64,000 nucleotides of DNA from a virus (lineage: Duplodnaviria > Caudoviricetes), in the IMG/VR virus record IMGVR_UViG_3300029305_003320, positions 19,869-83,868 of that record. One strand, given 5' to 3'. The first letter of the stretch is position 1, and every line of letters begins with the position of its first letter. This document shows, in pieces, positions 19,469 to 28,195 of the stretch. The notes under the pieces were generated by a model that saw nothing but the letters and a program-made list of their open reading frames with translations, made no database searches and had not been told where the DNA came from. The translations under genes were made by a program, and so were the position numbers.

Positions 19469-19987
19469 TTATTTCCCTTGTCCGACTGTTACGTTTGGTT
19501 TTACAAGACTTGGGGCGTTTATGTCATCCAGCCAAGCGAAGTACCTCTTGATACAGTCTCCAAGCTTTTTCTGTTTTTCTTCTATAGCTTTACGAGTCAG
19601 CCAGTAGATACCACCACACTTCTCAGTTTCAACGTTCTTTGGCTCTCCGTTGAATTTAACAACTTTAAAGATGTGCACTTTGTCAGGGATGGTCTTTCCT
19701 TCAATTTCGTATTCCCTCTGGAACTGAAGTATCTCCATAAAGTTCTCAATCTCAACGGCAAGCTCTTCTTTATTCTCGGCTATTAATGCCTCAGTAACAG
19801 CTTGGTCTGGCTTTACCTTGCCTATAGGGAAAGTTAGCTGCTCGTATTTCTTGTGCAGCATCACTAGATACTCGAGATCACTTTTATCTTCAGTATATCT
19901 GGTGAATATTGCAACCACAGATTCATGAGGTTTCTTATCTTCTTTGTTGATAAGTTTATTATCCTCTGTTCCAAAGTCAATTTTCAT
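19469..19987 (-). CDS. Tagged Nudix-fold protein with degenerate Nudix box
   Basis: MKIDFGTE; FPIGKVKPDQAVTEALIAENKEELAV versus the GX5EX7REUXEEXGU consensus; C-terminal NVETEKCGGIYW. Confidence 0.7.
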   Translation of the reverse strand: MKIDFGTEDNKLINKEDKKPHESVVAIFTRYTEDKSDLEYLVMLHKKYEQLTFPIGKVKPDQAVTEALIAENKEELAVEIENFMEILQFQREYEIEGKTIPDKVHIFKVVKFNGEPKNVETEKCGGIYWLTRKAIEEKQKKLGDCIKRYFAWLDDINAPSLVKPNVTVGQGK

Positions 19988-21006
19988 TTGTTCTCCTTGG
20001 ATTTTTCTGGTTTACACGTCATTATCTTGGATCCTTTACGGCAGAATGATTCGAACTCGACCATATCACATCCGTATTTTGGGTATCCGTTAAGTTCGAA
20101 TACTTGAATGTCAGTTTTCTCCATGTTTGCCATTGCTGTGCCAATCCACTTAATTAACTCATTTGGATTCTTGGTTTTCCAGTTGTTGTTCTTGAAAGGT
20201 CCCCAGGACCCTTCAAGCCATTTCCATTGGTCATCAGTATCCCAATATATCAAGAACGTGTGCGTTGGGCAGTCCATAAACCCACCGTTCTTATCAACCA
20301 TGAAGAATGTTCTAAACTGAATCCCCTTTGCCTTCTTGAGATACTCTCTGCTTATGGCGACAGTATCGTAGCAGTTTCCTATTCCTGACTTTATCGTCTC
20401 TTCTGGAGTAGCAAGTCTCCATTCCGAGTCGTAGTCCTGCCATCTAGTATTCTCATGTGACTCGTTCCATGGCTTGTTAGTTTTAGGGTCTCTTAGACCA
20501 TATCGGATATTCTTGAATATATCCTTGATAGTCTCGACTTCCGTCTTTACGACTTCAAACTCTTTGTCCCACAAAGTACCTTCATATTCAGAGCCGTCAG
20601 GCTTCTTGGCTTTGAATGTGTGTTTGCCACCAACAGAGGTGATCTTTATTTTTTGGAGATACTTAACCGTTACAGGACATGTTACCCAGACTTCACCTGT
20701 AAGCACTACATCTGGAACTTGATCTTTTGTAGGCTTAGTTATGTGTTTAAGCAAATTGTCCTTATCTTTATCTTGAAGGTCTATAGTGAAAACATAGATT
20801 TCAGTCCCTACGTAGTTCTTGCCTATGGCTCTAAGACAGTTTTTGATTGAACTACTAAAAGAGACTCTCGGAGTCTTTCCGTCCTCTATTCCCATCTTAA
20901 CGTATTCGTTGTCAGGGACTCTAGGGAATAGTGTTGTACCATTGATATTCTTTCGAGATATGTGGTACAACTTTGGGACATCTCTAGTCCCGAAGTTTAC
21001 TTTCAT
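19984..21006 (-). CDS. Tagged two-domain protein: ART-like N-domain plus transglutaminase-like C-domain
   Basis: MKVNFGT; LYHIS...PRVSFSSS...GEVW (ADP-ribosyltransferase-like strand motifs); GNCYDT...THTFLIY...WLEGSW (Cys-His-acid). Confidence 0.55.
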   Translation of the reverse strand: MKVNFGTRDVPKLYHISRKNINGTTLFPRVPDNEYVKMGIEDGKTPRVSFSSSIKNCLRAIGKNYVGTEIYVFTIDLQDKDKDNLLKHITKPTKDQVPDVVLTGEVWVTCPVTVKYLQKIKITSVGGKHTFKAKKPDGSEYEGTLWDKEFEVVKTEVETIKDIFKNIRYGLRDPKTNKPWNESHENTRWQDYDSEWRLATPEETIKSGIGNCYDTVAISREYLKKAKGIQFRTFFMVDKNGGFMDCPTHTFLIYWDTDDQWKWLEGSWGPFKNNNWKTKNPNELIKWIGTAMANMEKTDIQVFELNGYPKYGCDMVEFESFCRKGSKIMTCKPEKSKENK

Positions 21007-21054
21007 GGTTAAATCTCTCTTTCATTGCTGTAATAAATAGACATACCATCGTTG

Positions 21055-21086
21055 GTCCATCTACCGGATTACACCGGTAGATGGAC
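21055..21086 (-). terminator. Hairpin (13-bp)
   Basis: Downstream of 21097-21552. Confidence 0.6.
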
Positions 21087-21096
21087 TTTATAGACG

Positions 21097-21552
21097 TTAT
21101 TTGTCTTTCTTCTCTTTTTCTTCGAGTTCTTTTATTCTAGCATTCAACTCATCGAACCCCTTCTTGGACAGAGGCTCTCCAGTGTCTGGGTCCATTTGAA
21201 TGGCGCTGTCATCGCAGAATCCGATCATGAAGCAATCCTTCTCAGACGTGACTTCTAGTTCGACACCTATGTGCTTCTTACACCATTTCTTAATGACATT
21301 GGCCATGTCTTCATAAGAAACATTATTGATACTTCTAGACACATGGGACAGTCTTGCAGTGAATACTTTAACTACTATGCCCTTTGCAAGCCACCCTTTA
21401 ACTCGTTCTACCATTTTCGGAATAGGATCTCCTATTACGTCCCATCCTTTAAATGTATCATAACTTGCAAGAGTTCTATCTAAGTCTACTCCTATCCAGG
21501 GGGGATAATTAGGTTTCTCTTCCTTGGACTCTACTCCAAAATTAATCTTCAT
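21097..21552 (-). CDS. Tagged HAD-superfamily phosphatase (PNKP 3'-phosphatase-like)
   Basis: MKINFGVE; WIGVDLDRT (motif I), VFTAR (II), KD (III), DD (IV). Confidence 0.75.
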   Translation of the reverse strand: MKINFGVESKEEKPNYPPWIGVDLDRTLASYDTFKGWDVIGDPIPKMVERVKGWLAKGIVVKVFTARLSHVSRSINNVSYEDMANVIKKWCKKHIGVELEVTSEKDCFMIGFCDDSAIQMDPDTGEPLSKKGFDELNARIKELEEKEKKDK

Positions 21553-21635
21553 TAAAACCTCCTTATGGAATGGTTATAATCGAAAAAAAAGAAACCGCCA
21601 CAAAGGCGGTCTCTCGTGTGGTTCCGATGCAATTA

Positions 21636-21962
21636 TTACACCGAAATAGGATGGTCGAAGTCCCACGTCTTTTCACCCCGCGGATACCATGGACTGTCGA
21701 GTCCGCGGCGCATCGCTATCACGTATTCACATACCTTGCTCCCATCATTGAAGACCTCGAGACGTGTATCGTACGAGTCCGACAAGTACGATACCTTCGT
21801 TACATCTGCAATTGACGAGAGAACGTTTTCCATGCTACGTATAGCAACTTGGCCCCTCCATAGCCCATCTGTGTGTCTCAGGGCATCTGAAGTGATCGTC
21901 CCGTCAGATACGGGCTGCTGGGTATAGACCTTCCCATTTACCAGTCTGAGAACGCTTACCAT
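21636..21962 (-). CDS. Hypothetical early protein
   Basis: AAGGA RBS; bipartite promoter at 22015-22045. Confidence 0.6.
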   Translation of the reverse strand: MVSVLRLVNGKVYTQQPVSDGTITSDALRHTDGLWRGQVAIRSMENVLSSIADVTKVSYLSDSYDTRLEVFNDGSKVCEYVIAMRRGLDSPWYPRGEKTWDFDHPISV

Positions 21963-22014
21963 GATTAATTTCCTTTCTTTGGTTAGAGTTGTTGATACTG
22001 GTTTAACTATTTTA

Positions 22015-22045
22015 GTGATATATATTCATAAAAATATGATCTACA
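22015..22045 (-). promoter_or_regulatory. Bipartite promoter TGTAGATCA-N12-TATATATCAC
   Basis: Same spacing at four loci. Confidence 0.65.
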
Positions 22046-22072
22046 CATGGTGGCACATGCCACCATGTGTAG
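22041..22072 (-). terminator. Hairpin (15-bp) overlapping the upstream box of the next promoter
   Basis: CTACACATGGTGGCA-CA-TGCCACCATGTGTAG. Confidence 0.65.
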
Positions 22073-22078
22073 TCTGTT

Positions 22079-22672
22079 TCACTTCTGCTGGGTTTTCCAT
22101 TCCAGGTAGTTGTCATGCAGTACGTTCTTATGGACATGGTTATACAGGTCCATTGACACTCCTAGATTTGCATAGTCACCAAGCGGAGGAATGCGAAGCG
22201 TCTTGACCCAATATTCTCGATTGAAGAAATTTTCAACCACATCAGGCCGCTCAGCTTTTAGACGATCTGCAAATGCACTTGCCTGTGCAGCATACACAGT
22301 TCGTAGATTAGGATCATCTACCAGATGAATAGTCTGTAAAACCTTTCCATCCAGTAAGAACTTGCTGTCTTCGACAAGCTCTTCATCGGGGTTTCCACCT
22401 TGATCTGGAACAGCAATACCTGCGCATGTCCATCCGTAGAATCCGTCGAGATCATCCTCTTTACCGTATACCAATCCGCAATTTCCTTTGAAGAAATTTT
22501 CTGACTGGTTCCTCCATGTGTCTAGACATAGCCATAGGTTGAAGTCTTTGAACGGAATTTCATCTTCCTTCTTTAGCATGACATATACGCAAACACGGAC
22601 GTTTATTGCGTCATGGCTACATACTATTAAGTCGGATAACTCTAGTGGAGGTTTGGAAACTTTAATTTCCAT
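22079..22672 (-). CDS. Hypothetical protein
   Basis: 197 aa; AAGGAG RBS; operon context. Confidence 0.65.
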   Translation of the reverse strand: MEIKVSKPPLELSDLIVCSHDAINVRVCVYVMLKKEDEIPFKDFNLWLCLDTWRNQSENFFKGNCGLVYGKEDDLDGFYGWTCAGIAVPDQGGNPDEELVEDSKFLLDGKVLQTIHLVDDPNLRTVYAAQASAFADRLKAERPDVVENFFNREYWVKTLRIPPLGDYANLGVSMDLYNHVHKNVLHDNYLEWKTQQK

Positions 22673-22683
22673 GGCAGTGCTCC

Positions 22684-23199
22684 TTATAGTTCAGCCCATC
22701 TGACGAAGATACTTCGAGACTTCCTGGTGTCACCAGGCCTCCTTTCATCGTCAAATATAGGCTTCTCTCTGAACAGAGGTACATAGATGGTCGACCACTT
22801 GCGGGCAAGCTCTTTGGACTCTTCAGTGTACTGAAGTTCATCTAGTTTGCTTAACCACTTGTTTCGGCTCTCTATGATCGCGGCTAGAGTAGATACCCTT
22901 CCGCGCGTGGCGACTATGCGAACAATGACATTCTCTTCATCATCGAAGTCTTCATTGACGCGCTTGTCGATGCCAGTGAATATGCGATGCCAGAGATCGA
23001 CATTGCTTTCCAACTCAGGCTCTTTTTTAAGGGACACTATGTTCCACTCTACTTGAAGAGTATGCTTGTCCCACCTATAGTCGTTACTGGCGAATTCCGT
23101 CTTGCACCCTGGAAGCGAGCGACATATGTCGCGCGCAGGAGGGCACTCAATGAATCTTTCCGGGTTGTCACCTGGAAGTATGTTGAATACATGTATCAT
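22684..23199 (-). CDS. Hypothetical protein
   Basis: 171 aa; AAGGA RBS. Confidence 0.65.
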   Translation of the reverse strand: MIHVFNILPGDNPERFIECPPARDICRSLPGCKTEFASNDYRWDKHTLQVEWNIVSLKKEPELESNVDLWHRIFTGIDKRVNEDFDDEENVIVRIVATRGRVSTLAAIIESRNKWLSKLDELQYTEESKELARKWSTIYVPLFREKPIFDDERRPGDTRKSRSIFVRWAEL

Positions 23200-23214
23200 A
23201 TGAATCCTTTCCTT

Positions 23215-23490
23215 TTAGTCGAACGGATCAAGACTGCGTTCCATCTCATCGAACGATTTGATGGAAGGTCTATGTGATTTCCTCTTGGTTGAATTGAGCT
23301 TTCCGCTTGTTTGTTTTCTGTAAGGCACAAACGGATCGCTGCTCTGGTTTCTTGGAGTGAACACGTCAGTTTGATATCGAGCATTGAATTTTTCAATCTG
23401 CGACTTTTTCTTGGGGAGACTCGACTTGTGTTCCTCTTTAGGCTGTTCTGTAGAGTTGGATCCCGTTAAACGTTTTAAGAATCCCCACAT
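23215..23490 (-). CDS. Hypothetical protein
   Basis: 91 aa; AAGGA RBS. Confidence 0.55.
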   Translation of the reverse strand: MWGFLKRLTGSNSTEQPKEEHKSSLPKKKSQIEKFNARYQTDVFTPRNQSSDPFVPYRKQTSGKLNSTKRKSHRPSIKSFDEMERSLDPFD

Positions 23491-23558
23491 AACTGTTCCT
23501 TTTTTTGGTGTTAATGAAAGTCAAGTAGTCCCTAGAAGTTCTAGGGACTACCTAACGG

Positions 23559-23702
23559 TTAGTAAAGGTAGACTGTATCATCGACTACCCTTCCGACAGC
23601 TGTCCCATCTACGACAAGCTCGGAATTGCGATCGTCGCCTATGACGTGCGCTTTCATTCCGGCCTTCTCGAGACGTTCAAGCATGATGTCTAGTCCGATC
23701 AT
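23559..23702 (-). CDS. Small early protein (47 aa, not in the ORF track)
   Basis: AAGGAG RBS, MIGLDIMLERLEKAGMKAHVIGDDRNSELVVDGTAVGRVVDDTVYLY; TATATTAC at 23743-23750. Confidence 0.55.
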   Translation of the reverse strand: MIGLDIMLERLEKAGMKAHVIGDDRNSELVVDGTAVGRVVDDTVYLY

Positions 23703-23742
23703 GGATGAATCTCCTTGTTTAGTGTTTGGTTTATCCATGAGA

Positions 23743-23750
23743 GTAATATA
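23743..23750 (-). promoter_or_regulatory. TATATTAC early promoter motif
   Basis: Exact match upstream of the small ORF 23559-23702. Confidence 0.7.
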
Positions 23751-23818
23751 TACCTAAATAAAGGAACAAAAAGATGACTTACGCAGGTGGGCATTATGCC
23801 CACCTGCGCAGTATCACC

Positions 23819-24499
23819 TTAGTGCCAGAAGTTACCGAGATTTCTTGGTTGCTCTACTCGTTTCCACCGAGCCATCGTGCGATTGGCTTCGAGCTTCTCG
23901 AGATAGCTTGCAACCCTCCATCCGGTAAAGATCTCGAATGATGGCATGTGCCGCATGAGATCACTGGCTTGAGTCACCAATCCCTTGTACATCCTGCGGA
24001 TATGGTTTACCGCAGTTGGCATGGTCTTAGGACTTGGAAATACGCAGCAGGCACAGCCTGATGCGCTCTCCGTTAGGAACTCTACAAGATCGACGACACC
24101 TTTGTGGGTTATCACCTGCTTATGTGCCTCAAGTTTCCCTGTGGCCACAGCCCGTGAGATGATTCCTCCGGTTATGATACCATATGCTTCGCGAAGTGCA
24201 TCTTCGAAGATTATCTTACTCACGTCCTCACGCTTAGTGAGTGCTTTACGAAGAACATCAAGGAGAATAGGTTTCTCCTCAAAATCCTCCCAGCTCTCAA
24301 TAAGCGAGATTCCAGCTTTCAAATCATCTTCAAACATGATAGGATTAGCCTTACGCTCCTGCAGAAGCATACCCATATCGACCCAGCGGCTGCCGCCGTT
24401 GTAGTCGATCTTCATGATTCCAAGAGGAACTTCCCAGAGACTGCCAGAGTCGCCCTGAATAGTCGCCTTTCTGTTCCTAAAGTCGAACTTCCTGATCAT
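23819..24499 (-). CDS. Hypothetical early protein
   Basis: 226 aa; AAGGA RBS; promoter at 24532-24562. Confidence 0.65.
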   Translation of the reverse strand: MIRKFDFRNRKATIQGDSGSLWEVPLGIMKIDYNGGSRWVDMGMLLQERKANPIMFEDDLKAGISLIESWEDFEEKPILLDVLRKALTKREDVSKIIFEDALREAYGIITGGIISRAVATGKLEAHKQVITHKGVVDLVEFLTESASGCACCVFPSPKTMPTAVNHIRRMYKGLVTQASDLMRHMPSFEIFTGWRVASYLEKLEANRTMARWKRVEQPRNLGNFWH

Positions 24500-24531
24500 C
24501 TTAGGTCCTTTCTTGTTTGGTTACTATTTTT

Positions 24532-24562
24532 GTAATATATAAACAAAAAGAAATGAAGTACA
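24532..24562 (-). promoter_or_regulatory. Bipartite promoter TGTACTTCA-N12-TATATATTAC
   Basis: Variant upstream box, same spacing. Confidence 0.65.
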
Positions 24563-24578
24563 TCCAACTAACTCCTAA

Positions 24579-25025
24579 TTAGGAGTTAGTTGGTGTATCA
24601 AATAAACCTTTGACCATTAAGGAATAATGTACAACGATTCGATGCCATGTGTTGGGTGAGTAAGCTGGGCCATACTGTGTCTGTGTTATGGTCTTTGCAA
24701 AAGTTTCGATGTAATAAGACTGGACTGGTTTAGCTGCAGTCACTTTATTTCCGAACACAGAAATCGGTTTGATATCGATATGTATACACTCTGCAGGTAC
24801 ATCAAACTTAACATCCAGTGTAATCTCGCCTTTTACCTCGCCAAGAACCTTATCGATCTTTAGATCTTGATATACTCTTTTAGTGACAGTTCTTTCAGGA
24901 AAGAGTTTTGACATGCATTGGTTGGCAATGCATGTTACGTCGAATTCACATACCGGCGTGTCTCTAAGCTGATTCTTCAACCAGTTCCAAAAAGGAAATG
25001 CTAATTTCAGTTTATTCTTTGCCAT
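24579..25025 (-). CDS. Hypothetical protein
   Basis: Start moved to MAKNKL (ATG 25025) behind a GGAGGA RBS. Confidence 0.55.
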   Translation of the reverse strand: MAKNKLKLAFPFWNWLKNQLRDTPVCEFDVTCIANQCMSKLFPERTVTKRVYQDLKIDKVLGEVKGEITLDVKFDVPAECIHIDIKPISVFGNKVTAAKPVQSYYIETFAKTITQTQYGPAYSPNTWHRIVVHYSLMVKGLFDTPTNS

Positions 25026-25121
25026 CTTTAATCCTCCAATGAGAACATACAACATCCAGAAAATGTAAAAAGTAAAGTAGATCAGGTTGGCCATACAGCC
25101 AACCTGATCGCAATTCCAGTT

Positions 25122-25643
25122 TCAATCTGCATTTACAAGGTAGAACATGGAAGTGTTAACGTTTTTAGAATTGACCGTTGAATCTATGTGATATCTACAG
25201 GCTACCTTGTTATTGGCAGTCTGAAATAGTCCCATGTCTTCATCAGTCTGGTACATTACACAGTATAGCTTTACTGTGTTCTTTCCTTTGCTGAGTTTCC
25301 CAATATACCTGCTAAGCAGAATGGGTACTTCTCCTTCTGTCCCCGTTGCCCGGATAGCTTTCATTCCCGATATAGATTCAAGAGTGAGTTGTATCCAAGC
25401 GTCTATTTCCTTGTCTACAACGACAGATAAAGTTGCACGTATTCTTTTAAGTGATTTGATTGCAGACACTTCTCGCGATGTATCTCCAACTTTCACCTTG
25501 GCACTTATGACCTTATTGGCCAAGCAGTCTCCATATGAAGCGTGAATATAACTCAGTATTTTCACACGAAGATTGCATATTTCAGCACCGATATTGGATA
25601 TGAAACCCAATATCGGGTGTTTCAGTTTTATTGTGCAACTCAT
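25122..25643 (-). CDS. Hypothetical protein
   Basis: 173 aa in a continuous minus-strand operon. Confidence 0.55.
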   Translation of the reverse strand: MSCTIKLKHPILGFISNIGAEICNLRVKILSYIHASYGDCLANKVISAKVKVGDTSREVSAIKSLKRIRATLSVVVDKEIDAWIQLTLESISGMKAIRATGTEGEVPILLSRYIGKLSKGKNTVKLYCVMYQTDEDMGLFQTANNKVACRYHIDSTVNSKNVNTSMFYLVNAD

Positions 25644-26072
25644 TTATTTCTCCCAGTAACGTTTGACGTACCCGGGTCGGTCTTTCTCTTCTCTAGGATC
25701 CTCAAACCCTGGAGCAGGTTTCCATCCTGGAGGGAATAGTGTAAACTTCTTCTCTGCAACTACAGGTGCCGCTATCGGTGGCTCTTTGTAACCAACCTCA
25801 AGCTTCTCTGCAATGTCCTTGCGAAGAAGCATGATCACGCGAGGCAGTGGTCCCCACGGAGTACTGACATCTGACCCAAATCCTATGGACTGATAACGAG
25901 CTGTTTTGAACGGCTCATCTGCATAGTCTAGCTCTCCGGGCCAGATGCTTTCAATTGGAGTTCTGGAGATATTGTAAATAGGCTTGGGATCTTCTTTTTC
26001 AAGATCATGACCCATAGCCTTTACCATGTCGTACATCTCTCCAACGGTTTTGAATTTGTATTGTTTAATCAT
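25644..26072 (-). CDS. Hypothetical protein
   Basis: 142 aa; overlaps the upstream gene end. Confidence 0.6.
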   Translation of the reverse strand: MIKQYKFKTVGEMYDMVKAMGHDLEKEDPKPIYNISRTPIESIWPGELDYADEPFKTARYQSIGFGSDVSTPWGPLPRVIMLLRKDIAEKLEVGYKEPPIAAPVVAEKKFTLFPPGWKPAPGFEDPREEKDRPGYVKRYWEK

Positions 26073-26361
26073 TTGGAAGTGCCTCCAACCAAGTTGCTGT
26101 TACGTCGTGATTGTAAATCATCTTAGAACGCATGGCTAGCTCTAGAGCCGGTGATGCTTCAAGGTAGTCGAATTCACCTATCTCGAGTTGTTTTCCTTCA
26201 GCTGTAAACAGCACCCACAGTTTCCCGTAGACGTGTTTAGCTTTATAGCCATTAGCGTAGATGATCTCAATCGGTTGAGTGGGAGTAAGAGTTCCTGTTA
26301 TGTCTTTAATAATGAGAGAAGCTGCTTCGTCAGCTCTCTCAAGATTACTGGCATTAAGCAA
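26065..26361 (-). CDS. Hypothetical protein
   Basis: 98 aa; operon context. Confidence 0.55.
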   Translation of the reverse strand: MLNASNLERADEAASLIIKDITGTLTPTQPIEIIYANGYKAKHVYGKLWVLFTAEGKQLEIGEFDYLEASPALELAMRSKMIYNHDVTATWLEALPND

Positions 26362-26382
26362 GAACGACCCTATCCTTGTTAG

Positions 26383-26820
26383 TTACTTGCCACATTGTTC
26401 TTTCTCCGGTTGTATCCGAACGGTTGTTGTCATTGTCTTGACGTTTTCAACATATGCACACACCTCGAAGTCGCATCCGCATGGCTCTATACGTGTATAA
26501 TCGACAGTGAATCGCGCGGTGTATCGTTGAAGCAGTTCTTCAGCCTGTACTTTGGCATTCATGCGATTCTCTATTTCAACCGCCATCATGCCAAGCATTC
26601 GCTTATCGTACTGCCCTTTGAGACGATCATTCATCACGTCAAACGCTTCTTTGCACGCAGCATCTTCGTGAATCTTAGCGTCATAATTAGGCTCTTTCCA
26701 CTCCTTATCGGAAAATTCTATGAATACCTCTTTGGCTGTAGGAGCCACTTTACGACACATCTTCAGAAGTTCTTTCTGTAGCGGAGTATAATACTCCGGT
26801 ATGTCATCATCGTTTGACAT
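26383..26820 (-). CDS. Hypothetical protein
   Basis: 145 aa; AAGGA RBS. Confidence 0.6.
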   Translation of the reverse strand: MSNDDDIPEYYTPLQKELLKMCRKVAPTAKEVFIEFSDKEWKEPNYDAKIHEDAACKEAFDVMNDRLKGQYDKRMLGMMAVEIENRMNAKVQAEELLQRYTARFTVDYTRIEPCGCDFEVCAYVENVKTMTTTVRIQPEKEQCGK

Positions 26821-27409
26821 TGTTAGTCCTTCTTAACTCGTTAGTTATGGCAGACTCTGTAATGCAGAAATCTCTGTGTAGAGCAGTTCCTGTGCGAACT
26901 AGCCCAGAGTAAGTAACTGCATCAAGCAGCCTCTGTAGACAGTGGCACGGTACTGGAATCAGAGCATCTGGGTTCTCTGGCCAAGGTCTCCCTGGACTCA
27001 CGAACTTCTCAGTGTCGAACTCCAACATCCTGTACAAAGCAGCTAGACCTATAGCTTCAAGGACATATATCCCTTCAGCTTTTTGTATAGCATGCTTTGA
27101 TGTTCTATAACCTTCCATGCTCAGGTGCCTCCTGTCTTCAGGATGCGCTTTTAAATGTTCTTCACTCTCGCACATGCGGTGTAGTGCACTGACGTATCTA
27201 TCCGACATTACACCGGTTTCTTCTTCGGTCTGAGGAACACGGTGAAATTCATCGTCCCAGAACATCGTCTGAGCAACATGTTTGGTCATGTTGTCGAGAA
27301 GAATCTGTTTCATCTGCTCTTTGAAGACCTTATCCTTAATGATCTCAGTACGAAGTTTCGGAATAGTAACTTCGGATGCTAGTGGTAAGCTCATAGTTGT
27401 TCCTTTCAT
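26807..27409 (-). CDS. Hypothetical early protein
   Basis: 200 aa; TATATTAC at 27431-27438. Confidence 0.6.
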   Translation of the reverse strand: MKGTTMSLPLASEVTIPKLRTEIIKDKVFKEQMKQILLDNMTKHVAQTMFWDDEFHRVPQTEEETGVMSDRYVSALHRMCESEEHLKAHPEDRRHLSMEGYRTSKHAIQKAEGIYVLEAIGLAALYRMLEFDTEKFVSPGRPWPENPDALIPVPCHCLQRLLDAVTYSGLVRTGTALHRDFCITESAITNELRRTNNVKR

Positions 27410-27430
27410 TGTAGGTTGTCTGACATTATA

Positions 27431-27438
27431 GTAATATA
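27431..27438 (-). promoter_or_regulatory. TATATTAC early promoter motif
   Basis: Exact match upstream of 26807-27409. Confidence 0.7.
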
Positions 27439-27439
27439 T

Positions 27440-27778
27440 TTACAAACTGATCAAGAGAGTCCTAGGACTCTCTTGATCAGTAAAGTATTCTGCAACTGCA
27501 CTATTCATGTTCATTGGTTTGTCACATTCGTCTCCGTCAATGTTGGCAAAATAAGGCATCTTCTTTGTTAACTTGATAGGAGGATCTATAGGGAACTTTT
27601 GAAACCCAACATCATAGCAGCTGAACCCTTTACAAAACGGGCACTGTATAGAGAATGGAACCGGCTTGCGATTAGGATCTTTACCTTCAAGACCTGTCTC
27701 AAGATACATCTTGAATCCCTTACCGCAGTCGTGGCATCCGTAGATCATGTATCCATCGGAGTGATGTTTATGTGACAT
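27440..27778 (-). CDS. Small Zn-ribbon protein
   Basis: CHDC and CPFC pairs; AGGAG RBS. Confidence 0.6.
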   Translation of the reverse strand: MSHKHHSDGYMIYGCHDCGKGFKMYLETGLEGKDPNRKPVPFSIQCPFCKGFSCYDVGFQKFPIDPPIKLTKKMPYFANIDGDECDKPMNMNSAVAEYFTDQESPRTLLISL

Positions 27779-27798
27779 AAGTACTCCTGTACTGATGG

Positions 27799-28041
27799 TT
27801 ATTTATTACGGTTCTTCTTGCGTGCAATCTTGGCCAATTTAGCCTTGCGTTTAGCCTTTTCCTTCTGTTTCTTAGTTCTTGTATCAAGAGTCTTAAAGAA
27901 CCTAGGATCTAATGTTGTCATAGGACTAAGTATCCTTGGAGGTAAAGTTGTATTACTAGATTTTGGCCATCCTGTAGGATCGATGGTTTCCTCTATTTCA
28001 ACATCCTGGTGCTTAAGACCAGGTTCATCTGTCACATGCAT
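27799..28041 (-). CDS. Small protein with Lys/Arg-rich tail
   Basis: Ends KKQKEKAKRKAKLAKIARKKNRNK; AAGGAG RBS. Confidence 0.6.
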   Translation of the reverse strand: MHVTDEPGLKHQDVEIEETIDPTGWPKSSNTTLPPRILSPMTTLDPRFFKTLDTRTKKQKEKAKRKAKLAKIARKKNRNK

Positions 28042-28145
28042 GACTGTCTCCTTGTTAGATTAGACTAATCAATAGCGATAAAAAATAGAAAAAGAATAGT
28101 TGGATGGTTATCCGAGTTATTTACTAAAAAGTAAATAACTCAGAA

Positions 28146-28185
28146 GCACCTAGACCAGTGGCGCACGCGCCACTGGTCTAGGTGC
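28146..28185 (-). terminator. 19-bp inverted repeat with 2-nt centre
   Basis: GCACCTAGACCAGTGGCGC-AC-GCGCCACTGGTCTAGGTGC. Confidence 0.7.
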
Positions 28186-28195
28186 AGACGGCAAT

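Noticed and set aside
23196-23396. 66-aa ORF overlapping 23215-23490
   Set aside because: Alternative frame of a better-supported gene that has an RBS
4558-28041. Shared function of the two small proteins with K/R-rich tails (4558-4770, 27799-28041)
   Set aside because: Similarity is limited to low-complexity basic tails, which are common in phage small proteins
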